Source: Mycoplasma mycoides subsp. capri (lineage in GTDB: Bacteria > Bacillota_I > Bacilli_A > Mycoplasmatales > Mycoplasmataceae). Taken from it: 32,000 nt of DNA. Shown piece by piece: positions 15,790 to 26,334 of the stretch. The translations under genes and the position numbers were made by a program. The notes beneath the pieces are model-generated. The model made no database searches. It was not told the origin of the DNA and was given only the letters and a program-made list of their open reading frames with translations. How positions within the stretch are numbered: the stretch's first letter is position 1; each line of letters opens with the position of its first letter. The stretch is from contig NZ_CP065581.1 of the NCBI RefSeq assembly GCF_018389705.1, positions 420,001 to 452,000 on the forward strand, read 5' to 3'.

Positions 15790-16398
15790 ATGACAGATTT
15801 TATATTAATTAGAAATAATTTTTTTAAAAATAATGTTTCAAAAATTCAAAAGACTAAATATTTAAATATGAATATTAATTGAAGTTTTTCTGATTTTGAA
15901 GATATTTTAAATAAACCTAATTTCATTACATATTTACAAAATTCATCTAAATTAAACTTTTCTTATTTAATGATTGATGCTATTGAAAATAAAATTGATC
16001 AAATTAGAAATTTATTTAAAAAAACAAATACTGCTTGTATTGATTATTTATCAAAAACAAATAACACTAATTTTATTGAGATTAATTATAAAAAGTTTTT
16101 ATTAACTAGTTATACATTATTAAGAGATTTTATTAATCAAATTTTTATTAATTGAATTTTTAATGATGCTTTAAATAATCATTGAATTGAATTTAATAAA
16201 GCTTATGATAATAATTTAATGTTTAACTATCAATTTGAAAGATTAGAATTAGACTTTCAAAAAAACTTATTTAACATAATTAAAGCTATTAATAAAAAAA
16301 TAAATGATCCAGTTATTAGAATTTTAATTTCAGCTTATATTGAAGATATTAATAATAAACAGACTTATTTAAATCAAATTCATAAGAATTTAAAATAA
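15790..16398 (+). CDS. Hypothetical protein, 202 aa, apparently soluble
   Basis: MTDFILIRNNFFKNNVSKIQKTKYLNMNINWSFSDFEDILNKPNFITYLQ...; starts 8 nt after the permease stop. No family recognised. Confidence 0.8.
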
Positions 16399-16427
16399 AA
16401 TATAAAAGTATTTAGAAAGAAAAAAAT

Positions 16428-17480
16428 ATGATAGAACAATTAAATGAAATTTTAAATAATTTTAAAGTAAAACTAGAATTAGTTAAAGATTTAAATAGTT
16501 GAGAAGAATTAAAAAAAGAATTCATTGGAAAAGATTCTAGTTTAACTACAATTTTAAAATCAATTAAAACTATTAGTAGTGATAAAAAACAAGAAATTGG
16601 AAAATTAGCAAATCAAATTAGAGTTGAAATTATAAATCAATTAGATGAAAAACAAGAACAATTAAAAAATAAAGAATTATTAGTAAAATTAGAAAAAGAA
16701 AAAATTGATGTTACTTTAACAAATTCAAGTTTAAAATTTGGTTCAAAACATGTTTTAAATATAGTTATTGAAGAAATTAGTGATATTTTTACTGAAATTG
16801 GTTTTGAAATGGTCAGTGGAACTGAAATTGAATCTGATTTATATAATTTTCAAAAATTAAACCTACCAGTAGATCATCCTGCAAGAGATATGCAAGATAC
16901 TTTTTATTTAGATAATAATTTAGTTTTAAGAACACATTGTACTAATATGACTTCAAGAATGTTAACTAAATTAGCTAGTTTAAAAACTGAAGATAATAAT
17001 TTAGCTGTAATTAGTTATGGAAATGTTTATAGAAGAGATGATGATGATGCTACTCATTCTCATCAATTTATGCAAATAGATGGGTTTGTTGTTGGAAATA
17101 AAATTAGTTTTGCTAATTTAAAATGAATTTTAAAATATATGTGTCAAAGATTATTTAATAAAGATATTAATATTAGATTACGTCCAAGTTATTTTCCTTT
17201 TACTGAGCCAAGTGTTGAAGTTGATGTAAGTTGTTTTAAATGTGATTCTAAAGGATGTTTTATTTGTAAAAAAACTGGTTGAATTGAAATATTAGGTGCT
17301 GGAATGATTAATGAACACGTTTTAAAATTAAATGGATTAGATCCAACTAAATGTTCAGGATTAGCTTTTGGAATTGGTATTGAAAGAATTGCTATGTTAA
17401 AGTTTAATATTTCAAATATTAGAAACTTTTATGAAAATAATGTTAAATTTTTAGAGCAATTTAAATTTTATTCAGAATAG
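16428..17480 (+). CDS. pheS: Phenylalanyl-tRNA synthetase alpha subunit
   Basis: 350 aa; class II motifs [72 protein letters not shown]. Confidence 0.97.
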
Positions 17481-17488
17481 GAGTTTAT

Positions 17489-19873
17489 ATGATTATTACA
17501 AGAAATTGATTAAAAAAATATCTTAATTTAGATAATATTTCAAATGATCAAATTAATATGGCTTTAAATTCTTTAGGATTTGAAGTTGATAGTGTTTATG
17601 ATTTAAACTCACTAAATTCTGAACTAGTTTTAGGGTATGTAGAACAATCAAAACAAATTCCAAACACTCATTTAAAATTAAACAAAGTTAATATAGGAAC
17701 TAAAAGTTTACAAATTGTTTGTGGAGCTAGTAATGTTGATGCTAATCAATTTGTAATAATTGCTCCAATTAATGCAACTATTGCAAATGGTTTAACTCTA
17801 ACTAGTAAAAAAATTCAAAATTATGAATCACAAGGAATGATTTGTGCTTTAAATGAAATTGGAATTGATCTATCAGTTATTAATAAAGAAGACCAGTTAA
17901 AAATTTATAATGTTTTTGATCATAATTTAGATTTAAAAAAATATATTGGTAGTGATGTTAAACAAATTATTGGTTTAGATGATTATTTATTTGAAATTGA
18001 TTTAACTTTAAATAGAAGTGATTGTTTAGCTAGTTTTCAAATTTTAAAAGAACTTGCAAATTACTTTGATTTAGAAATTAAAAACTTAGACAATAATTTT
18101 TCTGATTTTAAAAAAAATAATTTAGATTTAAGAATTGATTTAGCTAATCAAGTTAAAGATCAAATTAAAACAATTAGTTATTCTTATTTTGAATTAAATA
18201 ATAAAAATGACAAATTAGACTCAAAAGACGAAATCTTTTTAAAATTAAACCAAATAAATTCTTCTAATCATTTAATTACAAATTTAAGTTTAATTTCAAC
18301 TTTATCAACAGCTCAAACTCACATTTTAATTGATTTAGATAAATTAAAGAGTTCTAATTTAAAATTAGAATTTATAAATCATGATAATAAAGAACTTTTA
18401 TGTTTAACTAATAATAATAAATTAGTAAATATTATTGGATTAGAAACACAAAACGAATTTAATGTTGATAATGACTCAAAAAATGTTTTAAACATTATGT
18501 TAAATATTGAACCTAACTTAATGAGAAAACAACAAAAACTTTTAAACATTTCAAATACTTATTTACAAAGATATATAAAACCAATTAACCCTAATTTATT
18601 TAATTTAGCAAATCAAACTTTTTCTAATTTATTAAATGATTATCAATTAATAAATAAAGCTTATGAAGTTAAAATACTAAAACAAACTTTTAAAAACAAA
18701 CAAAGTTTAGAAATTAGATTAAATGAAATTAATGACTTATTAGGAACTAATTTAACTATTAAACAAATTAAAAGCTTATTTAAACATTTAGATTTTAAAA
18801 TCACTAATAAAGATGATCTTTTAGATTTTCAAATAGATCAAAACAGAATTGATATAACTAGTAAAAATGATTTATGTGAAGAAGTTGCTAGATTATATTC
18901 ATATGATAAAATTGATGAAATTCCACTAAGCTTTACTAGTTTTAAAAAAGCTAAAAACTTAAATTTAAAACTAGAAAATAAATTAACTAATTATTTAATA
19001 GGATTAGGATTTAATAATACTAAAACTTATTCACTAACTAGTTTAAATGAAGCTAAATATTGAAATTTATTTAATATATCTGAATTTATTAATTTAGTAT
19101 CACCATTATCAAATTTAAGACAAACTTATAGAACTAATTTAAGTAAATCATTAATTGATGTAGCTATTTTTAATCATTCAATTAATAATAAAGAATTAAA
19201 ATTATTTGAAATAGCTGATATTTATGATTTAAATAATTTAAAACAAAGACATTTAGTATTTTTAACAAGCAATCATATTTATAAAAACAGTTTAAATCAA
19301 CAATTAATTGAAAATAATTTTTACTACAATAAAGAAATTTTAGAAAATATCTTTAATTTATATAATTTAGATTTATCTCAAATTCAATATCAAAATGATT
19401 TAAATCTTATTAAAGAAATTCATCCATATATTAATACAACTATTTATTATCAAAATCAATTAATTGGATATTTATATAAATTAAATCCTAAATTTGAATC
19501 AGAAAATAAATTAAATCCTACATTTGTATGTGAAATTAATTTAGATATTTTAAATCAATTTAAAAATGGTTTTATAGAAGCAAAAAATTTAAGTAAATTT
19601 CAAAGTTCTTCAAGAGATTTAACTATAGAAATTTCAAATGATTTAACTTATCAAAAAGTTTTATTTAATGCTTTAAGTGATGTTAAATATTTAAAAAGTC
19701 ATAAAATTGTTGATTTATATTTAGATGATAATCTAATTAAAAATAATACTAAAGCTTTAACTATTCAATTTGTTTTTAATGATCTAGAACATCAATTAAC
19801 TGAAAATGAAATCAATCAAGAATTTGAAAAAATAATAAAAAATATCAAACAAATGAAAGTAGTGATTAGATAA
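17489..19873 (+). CDS. pheT: Phenylalanyl-tRNA synthetase beta subunit
   Basis: 794 aa. MIITRNWLKKYLNLDNISNDQINMALNSLGFEVDSV; EMAP-like tRNA-binding domain (IVCGASNVDANQFVIIAPINATIANG), B5 domain (NRIDITSKNDLCEEVARLYSYDKIDEIP), C-terminal anticodon-binding domain. Confidence 0.96.
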
Positions 19874-20391
19874 TGAAATTAATATTTAATCAAACTGATT
19901 TTAAGTTAAAAAAACATTATGAACTACAAGGACAACTAACTGATTTAGATCAAATTAAATCAAATAATATTTTAATAAAATCTTTTGATTTTATTAGTTA
20001 TGATTTAGATCTTGATTATAATGAAACATTAAAAAAGATTACTGTTAATGGAGTAATTAATTATACAATTACTGGTATTGATTCAAGAATTGGAAATGAG
20101 ATCAAATATAGTAATTATATTGATTGAAATGATGAGTATAGTTTTACAAATAGTAGTGATTTTAATACTAATATTATTATTAATGAAGAATTTAACTTAA
20201 AAGATTATATAATTGAACAAATAAATCTGAATATTCCTTTTAATTTATCTTTAAATAATGATATACTTAATAAGTATGGTCTTGGATGAAGTCTAGAAAG
20301 TGAAGAAGAATTTCAAAAATCTCAAGCTGATAAAATTGATCCAAGATGAGAACAACTTGATAATATTAAAATCGATGATAACAACAAATAA
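19873..20391 (+). CDS. DUF177/YceD-like protein
   Basis: 172 aa directly upstream of rpmF, the usual yceD-rpmF arrangement; C-terminus DPRWEQLDNI resembles the conserved YceD D.P.R.L.L. motif. ATG overlaps the pheT stop (TAATG). Confidence 0.75.
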
Positions 20392-20405
20392 GGAGGTGTA
20401 TTAAC

Positions 20406-20585
20406 ATGGCAGTACCATTTAGAAAAACTAGTAAATCTGCAAAAAATAAAAGAAGAAGTCATTTAGCACTTTCAACTGCTAGTTTAGTGTCATGTACTAA
20501 TTGTGGGGCTATGATTAAACCTCATCATGTATGTAAAGAATGCGGATTTTACAAAAACAAAGAAGTTAAAGTAGTAGAAGCATAA
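20406..20585 (+). CDS. rpmF: 50S ribosomal protein bL32
   Basis: MAVPFRKTSKSAKNKRRSHLALSTASLVSCTNCGAMIKPHHVCKECGFYKNKEVKVVEA; RBS aggaggtg. Confidence 0.98.
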   Translation: MAVPFRKTSKSAKNKRRSHLALSTASLVSCTNCGAMIKPHHVCKECGFYKNKEVKVVEA

Positions 20586-20605
20586 TAACAATTATTAATT
20601 AATTT

Positions 20606-20632
20606 GGTTGTATTTAATACAACCTTTTTTTA
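20606..20632 (+). terminator. Terminator after rpmF
   Basis: ggttgtat-tta-atacaacc followed by a T run. Confidence 0.88.
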
Positions 20633-20642
20633 TTTGTGTTTT

Positions 20643-20683
20643 AAAGTGGTATATTAATTATAAATAGTGGAGCAAAGTGGGTG
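20643..20683 (+). promoter_or_regulatory. Candidate MraZ-binding boxes upstream of mraZ
   Basis: AAAGTGG at 20643-20649, ATAGTGG at 20664-20670 and AAAGTGG at 20674-20680; the last two are spaced by 10 nt (GTGGAGcaaaGTGGGTG). Confidence 0.65.
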
Positions 20684-20691
20684 ATAAATAA

Positions 20692-21093
20692 ATGTTATTT
20701 GGTACATATGAACATTGTATGGATGCAAAACAACGTTTAACTTTACCAGCAAAACTAAGAAACAAACTTTCAAATCCAATTTATTTAACAAAAGGATATG
20801 ATGCTGATTTAGAAATTTGATCAAAAGATGATTTTTTATTACAAATAAAAGAAATTTTAAATCAGCAAAATGATCAAAAAGACATTAGAAATATAGAAAG
20901 AATTATCTGATCAAATACTGTTGAAATTGATATTGATAATTTAGGAAGAATTAAAATTCCTTATAATCTAATCCAAAATCTAAATATTGAAAAAGATGTT
21001 TTTATTTTAGGATTAGGAAATCGGTTAGAAATTTGAAGTAAAAATAAATACAATCAACACAAAAATCAATTTATTAAAAATATAAATAGTTAG
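20692..21093 (+). CDS. mraZ: Transcriptional regulator MraZ
   Basis: 133 aa. MLFGTYEHCMDAKQRLTLPAKLRNKL...EIDIDNLGRIKIPYNL; two AbrB-like DxxxR repeats. Confidence 0.95.
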
Positions 21094-21101
21094 GAAATTA
21101 T

Positions 21102-22010
21102 ATGGATAAACATATACCAGTTTTATTAAAAGAAAGTATTGAATATTTAAATATTAAACCTGATGGTATTTATGTTGATTGCACATTAGGTAGAGCTGGT
21201 CATTCTAGTGAAATTTTAAAAAAACTTAATCAAAAAGGTTTTTTGTATGCCATTGATCAAGATCAAATAGCAATTGACCAAGCTAAAGAAAAACTAGAAC
21301 AAATTAATAATAATTTTTTATTAATTCAAGGTAATTTTTCTAACTTATCAGCTTTATTAGCAATTAATCATGTTTTTAATGTTGATGGAATCTTATATGA
21401 TTTAGGAGTTTCTTCACCTCAAATTGATATTGCATCTAGAGGGTTTAGTTATAAAATGGATGGTCCATTAGATATGAGAATGGATTTAAATTCTACATTA
21501 ACTGCTCATCAAGTTATAAACACTTATTCAGAATCACAAATTTCTGAAATTTTATTTAAATATGGAGAAGAATCTTTTTCAAAAAGTATTTCAAAAAAAA
21601 TTGTTGAATCAAGACCAATTAATTCAACTTTAGAATTAGTTGAAGTAATTAAATCAGCTTTACCTCAAAAAGTATTAAAACAAAAAAAACATCCAGCTAA
21701 AAAAACTTTTCAAGCTTTAAGAATTTATATAAATAATGAACTAATTGCTTTAGAAAATTCATTAAAACAAGCTTTAGATTTATTAAATAGTAAAGCAAGA
21801 ATTTGTGTAATAACTTTTCACTCTTTAGAAGAAAAGATTGTTAAAAATATTTTTAATAATAGTACAAATTATTATCAAGAACAATTATTAAGTAATCTTC
21901 CAATTAAAGCTGATTTAAATTCTAAATTTAAATTAGTAATTAAAAAACCAATTAAACCTAGTTTATTAGAATTAGAACAAAACCACCGGTCTCATAGTGC
22001 AAAGCTTTGA
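21102..22010 (+). CDS. rsmH: 16S rRNA (cytosine1402-N4)-methyltransferase RsmH (MraW)
   Basis: 302 aa. HIPVLLKESIEYLNIKPDGIYVDCTLGRAGHS...DGILYDLGVSSPQID...RVCVITFHSLEEKIVK-like motif, HRSHSAKL C-terminus. Confidence 0.98.
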   Translation: MDKHIPVLLKESIEYLNIKPDGIYVDCTLGRAGHSSEILKKLNQKGFLYAIDQDQIAIDQAKEKLEQINNNFLLIQGNFSNLSALLAINHVFNVDGILYDLGVSSPQIDIASRGFSYKMDGPLDMRMDLNSTLTAHQVINTYSESQISEILFKYGEESFSKSISKKIVESRPINSTLELVEVIKSALPQKVLKQKKHPAKKTFQALRIYINNELIALENSLKQALDLLNSKARICVITFHSLEEKIVKNIFNNSTNYYQEQLLSNLPIKADLNSKFKLVIKKPIKPSLLELEQNHRSHSAKL

Positions 22011-22036
22011 GTAATTGAAAAAAACTAGAGGTTAGT

Positions 22037-23197
22037 ATGGATAAACAAATTTTTACAATTATTGAATTTAATAAAAATATTATTAATTTTCAAGTTATTA
22101 AATATTTTAATAATCAAGAAATGATCTTATATAAAAATAGTTATATTTCAGAAGAAAGTGAAATTTTAGATAAAGATCAAATTAAAGATAGTTTGAATGT
22201 TTATAAATTTTTAACAAATTGTTTTACTGATTTTGAAAAAAACTCTAGTTTTTCAAAAATTAAACAAGTAGGTTTAATGCTTTCAAATTCATTAAATATT
22301 ACAAAAAAAGTAACAAATTATGACTTAAAATCAAAAGATAAAAAAACTAGTTCAACTACAAATTTAGAATATATTGTTAAAAAAATTAATAAATTACAAC
22401 TTTATGATGATACTGATTTAAAAATTATAGATACTAATTTAATTGAACTACAAGTAAATAACAAAATGATCGATTATCAAAATTTAAAAAAATATTATAT
22501 TGATAATACTCAAAATAACAAACTAGTAATGACTTTTTTAGAATTGTCAATTACTAATGAACTTTATTTTGCACTAGAAAAACTTTTTTGAAAATTTTAT
22601 AAACAAATTTTATTTATAAAACCAAGAATTGTTTGTTTAAACCAATTAATAAAAGATCAATGTCAAGATCATAAATTAGTAGTTGATTGAAATTGAGATG
22701 AAATTGAAGTTGGTGTATTTAATAATAATGTTTTATTAAAAATATTCAAATTTTCATTTGGGATAAATAAGATCATTAAAAATCTTAGTCAATCATTAAA
22801 TATTAGTTTTGAAATGAGTAAAGATTATTTATTTAATAATTTAGATTTTAGTTCTTATAATATTGATAATTTAAATGTTTTAAGTTTGTGAAATAATTCA
22901 GAAAATAAATTAGATATAACTAATGGAAAGCAAATAAAACAACTAATTAAATCTATTATTAGTGAAATTTATACAACTATTAATCAAAGCATTTTAAAAG
23001 AACAAAATATTAATAATTATCAAATTTATAATTTTGGTTTAATTAGTAAAATTGTTGGAATTGATATGATCTTTAATGAATTCAAAAACAATCATTTTAT
23101 TAGTAATAATTTTATTGGTGATATTGATTTTGAACAAGATTCTACTGCTTTTATTGGAGCTAGTTTATTTTTTAAAAACCCTGAATTTTCTAGTTAA
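22037..23197 (+). CDS. Divergent FtsA-like (actin-fold) protein
   Basis: 386 aa with TGA=Trp. Sits between rsmH and ftsZ. KLVVDWNWDEIEVGVFNNNVLLKIFKFSFGINKIIKNLSQSLNISFEMSKDYL aligns by eye with FtsA VVDIGxGTTDxxVFxxGxLxxxxxxPxGGxxITxDIAxGLxIxxxxAExLK. The C-terminus QDSTAFIGASLFF resembles DPxYATAVGL. Confidence 0.65.
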
Positions 23198-23311
23198 AAT
23201 CAAAAATTTAGCAATTTTTTTAAAGCTTTTTTGATAAATTCTAAAAAGCACTACTAAGATAAAAAAACTTTTTAAAAATCAATATATTATTATTATTAGA
23301 AAGGGCTAAAT

Positions 23312-24469
23312 ATGACAAACGAATTTAAACAAATAGCAAGAATTAAAGTACTTGGTGTTGGTGGGGCTGGAAATAATGCCATTAGAAGAATGTTTGAAGA
23401 AAATGTTCAAGGTGTTGAATTTTATATCATAAATACCGATGCACAAATATTAGAATCATCACCAGTACCAAACAAAATTATTTTAGGAGAAAAAACTACT
23501 AAAGGATTAGGAGCTGGAGGAAATCCTGAAGTAGGAAAAGCAGCAGCTATTGAAAGTGAAGAAGAATTAAGAAAAGTAGTTGAAGGTGCTGATTTAATCT
23601 TTATTGCTGCTGGAATGGGAGGAGGTACTGGAACTGGTGCTGCTCCTGTAATCGCTAAAATTGCTCAAGAATCTGGAGCTTTAGTAATTGGGATTGTAAC
23701 TAAACCATTCATTTTTGAAGGAAGACATAGAAATGTTAATGCAAAAGAAGGTTTAGAAGAATTAAGAAAACATGTTGATTCAGTAATTGTTGTTTCAAAT
23801 GACAAATTATTAGAATATATTGGATCTATTCCAATTGCTGAATCATTTAAAGAAGCTGATACTATTTTAAAACAAGGTGTTCAAACTATTACTGATTTAA
23901 TCGCAGTACCTGCAACTATTAACTTAGATTTTGCAGATGTTAAATCAGTTATGTCAAAAAAAGGAAATGCTTTATTTGGAATAGGAGTTGCTTCTGGAAA
24001 AGATAAAGCTGTTGAAGCTGCAAAAGAAGCAATTAATTCTAAATTATTAGAAGCTTCAATTGAAGGAGCTAAAGATATTATTGTAAATATTACTGGTGGA
24101 AGAACAGTAAGTTTAAATGATGCTTATGATGCAGTTGGAGTTATTAGTCAAGCTGTAAATAATAAAGAATTAAATATTGTTTTTGGTATGGCTATTAATG
24201 ATGATTTAACAGATGATGATGAAATCATTGTAACTGTTATTGCCACTGGTTTTGAAAATAAAAACTTACAAAACCAAGAACCAAATATTATAAAAACACC
24301 AAGAGTTGAACCTGTAGTTCAACAAACTCAACCAAGTAAACCTGTTCAACAAGAACAAGAAGAAGAACAAGAAGAAGTAGACGAATTTGATGATGAAATG
24401 AGTCTAACTACAACAGATGACACTGAAGAAGATTTTAATGATGATGACTTTCCGACATTTTTAAAATAG
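23312..24469 (+). CDS. ftsZ: Cell division protein FtsZ
   Basis: 385 aa; [45 protein letters not shown]-terminal tail DDDFPTFLK. Confidence 0.99.
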   Translation: MTNEFKQIARIKVLGVGGAGNNAIRRMFEENVQGVEFYIINTDAQILESSPVPNKIILGEKTTKGLGAGGNPEVGKAAAIESEEELRKVVEGADLIFIAAGMGGGTGTGAAPVIAKIAQESGALVIGIVTKPFIFEGRHRNVNAKEGLEELRKHVDSVIVVSNDKLLEYIGSIPIAESFKEADTILKQGVQTITDLIAVPATINLDFADVKSVMSKKGNALFGIGVASGKDKAVEAAKEAINSKLLEASIEGAKDIIVNITGGRTVSLNDAYDAVGVISQAVNNKELNIVFGMAINDDLTDDDEIIVTVIATGFENKNLQNQEPNIIKTPRVEPVVQQTQPSKPVQQEQEEEQEEVDEFDDEMSLTTTDDTEEDFNDDDFPTFLK

Positions 24470-24480
24470 GAGATAAGAAG

Positions 24481-24897
24481 ATGTTTTTTAAAAAGAAAAA
24501 GAATTTTTTTAAACAAAACGAACACGATCAAGATCAAATTGAACTAGAATTAACTGATTCTGATATTTTTGAACAAGAAAGTCCTGTTTTAAAAGATAGT
24601 TATACTCAGACATCTAATCAATTTAATCAAAATCATCAAACAAATACTTCGAATATGAACCAAACTGATATGAATAAAAGTCCTATTAACACTTATGTAT
24701 TTAGTCCTATGAAATTTTCTGAAGTTCAATCAATTGTAGATACTTTATTAGATCAAAAAGTTGTTGTTGTAGATTTTAAAAACTTAGATGATAATAAAGC
24801 TAAACGTTTTAAAGATTTTCTTTCTGGAGTTTTATATATTAAAAAAGGTGAATACATCAGACTTAATGAAAATATTTATAAATTTATAATTAATTAA
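24481..24897 (+). CDS. sepF: Cell division protein SepF
   Basis: 138 aa; N-terminal MFFKKKKNFFKQ membrane-anchor-like segment, Asn/Gln-rich linker, C-terminal SepF fold YVFSPMKFSEVQSIVDTLLDQKVVVVDFKNLDDNKAKRFKDFLSGVLYIKKGEYIRLNENIYKFI. Confidence 0.93.
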   Translation: MFFKKKKNFFKQNEHDQDQIELELTDSDIFEQESPVLKDSYTQTSNQFNQNHQTNTSNMNQTDMNKSPINTYVFSPMKFSEVQSIVDTLLDQKVVVVDFKNLDDNKAKRFKDFLSGVLYIKKGEYIRLNENIYKFIIN

Positions 24898-24909
24898 TAA
24901 TTTATAAAG

Positions 24910-25899
24910 ATGAATGAAAAATATCCAAACCTAGCAAAAACTATGATTAATATGTGAAACTCTAGGTTTTCAAAAACTATTCATAAAAGAGATGAAGGTT
25001 TTGCTATTAATTTTAGCCCTATTAAAATATTTTCATTTTTAAATTCAATCAATAGAAATTCAAATAAAAAATTAAAAATTAAAGAGTATAAAAATCCTAA
25101 TTTAAATTTTTGAATTTATTCATTAGATAACACTAAATTAGCTGCAAGTATTTGATTAAATGAAAAACAATCTAATAAATGAGTAATTGGAGTTCATGGA
25201 TATAATTCTAATCGTTTAGAAGTCTTATATTTAGTATGACATTATCAAAGTTTAGGTTATAATATTTTAACTTTTGATTTTAGAAATCATGGTATTAGTG
25301 ATTCTAATTGTATTACTTGAGGTTATAAAGAAAAATGAGATTTAATTTCAGTAATCAATTGGTTAATCAAACATTATGATGTTGAATTAATTGGACTAGT
25401 TGGAACTAGTATGGGTGCTTTTACAACTAATTATTTTTTACTAACTGAAAATGAATTAATAAAAAAAGCAAACATTAAATGAGCAATTTCAGATTCATCA
25501 TATATGTCAGTTAAAAACCTTTTACAAAGAATGATTAAAGATTATTCTCCTAAATTTTTATCTAATCTTTCAAAGGATGTTTTAGATGACATATTAGAAA
25601 TTTATAAAAATGAATATGAAGTTGATTTAACTAAACTTGATTTTGTTGATTTAATTACAATTAATACTACTTATATTCCAGTTTTATATATTCATAATCG
25701 TTTAGATAAAGTCACTAGTTATCTAGATAGTTTTAGAATGTATCAAATGAAAAATAATATTGAAAATAGCTTTGATAATCAAATTGAAATTTATGATCAT
25801 GGCTCACATCATACAAAATCAATTATTGAATTTGAAAATGAATATATAACTAAAAGTTTAAATTTTGTTAAATTACATCAAAAGACCCATCATAACTAA
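24910..25899 (+). CDS. Alpha/beta hydrolase family protein, substrate unknown
   Basis: 329 aa. WVIGVHGYNSNR (oxyanion region), DFRNHGISD, LVGTSMGAFTTNY (GxSxG nucleophile elbow), VLYIHNRLDKVT (acid), HGSHHTKS (His). Confidence 0.92.
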
Positions 25900-26033
25900 T
25901 TTAACAAAATCGTTTTATCATAATAAAATAGTTGTCTATTAAATATTTATTATTTAATCAACTTGATTAACGATAATAGTTCTTATCTGCCCATTGATCT
26001 TTAAATGATCTAAAAACAAGAAAATAAAACTAG

Positions 26034-26064
26034 AAAATAAGCTTATATAAAGCTTATTTTTTTA
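26034..26064 (+). terminator. Rho-independent terminator in the hydrolase-ileS gap
   Basis: aaataagctt (26035-26044) / aagcttattt (26050-26059) with a 5-nt loop, then a T run. Confidence 0.75.
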
Positions 26065-26334
26065 TCTAATATTTAAAGATTATTTTATTAATTTCATAAA
26101 CATATTTAATAACAAATTAATTGCCTACATATTATGATTTTTTCTAATAAAAATGTTTATGAAAAGAAATAAAACTAGTAATACTATAAATGCTATTTAT
26201 AAACATCAATAATAAGAGACTATCTGAATGTTTAATAAAATATCTAACTAAATAATCAAATAAATAGACAATAAGTCTAATTTAATATAAAATATTTTTA
26301 TCATAAAAAGACACATTTTATAAATAAACTTTTT

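Noticed and set aside
24361-24400. Gln/Glu repeat tract (caagaacaagaagaagaacaagaagaa) in ftsZ as a phase-variable repeat
   Set aside because: It is imperfect and in the disordered FtsZ linker, where acidic/Gln low complexity is common; no evidence of frame-changing repeat units.
24346-24537. Minus-strand ORF opposite the ftsZ tail/sepF start (MILIVFVLFKKIL...[15 protein letters not shown])
   Set aside because: Low-complexity antisense of the acidic FtsZ linker (GAA/GAT-rich); no start signals.
26065-26334. CRISPR or tandem repeat array in the A+T-rich intergenic gap
   Set aside because: No regularly spaced direct repeats are visible; similarity is only general A+T richness.
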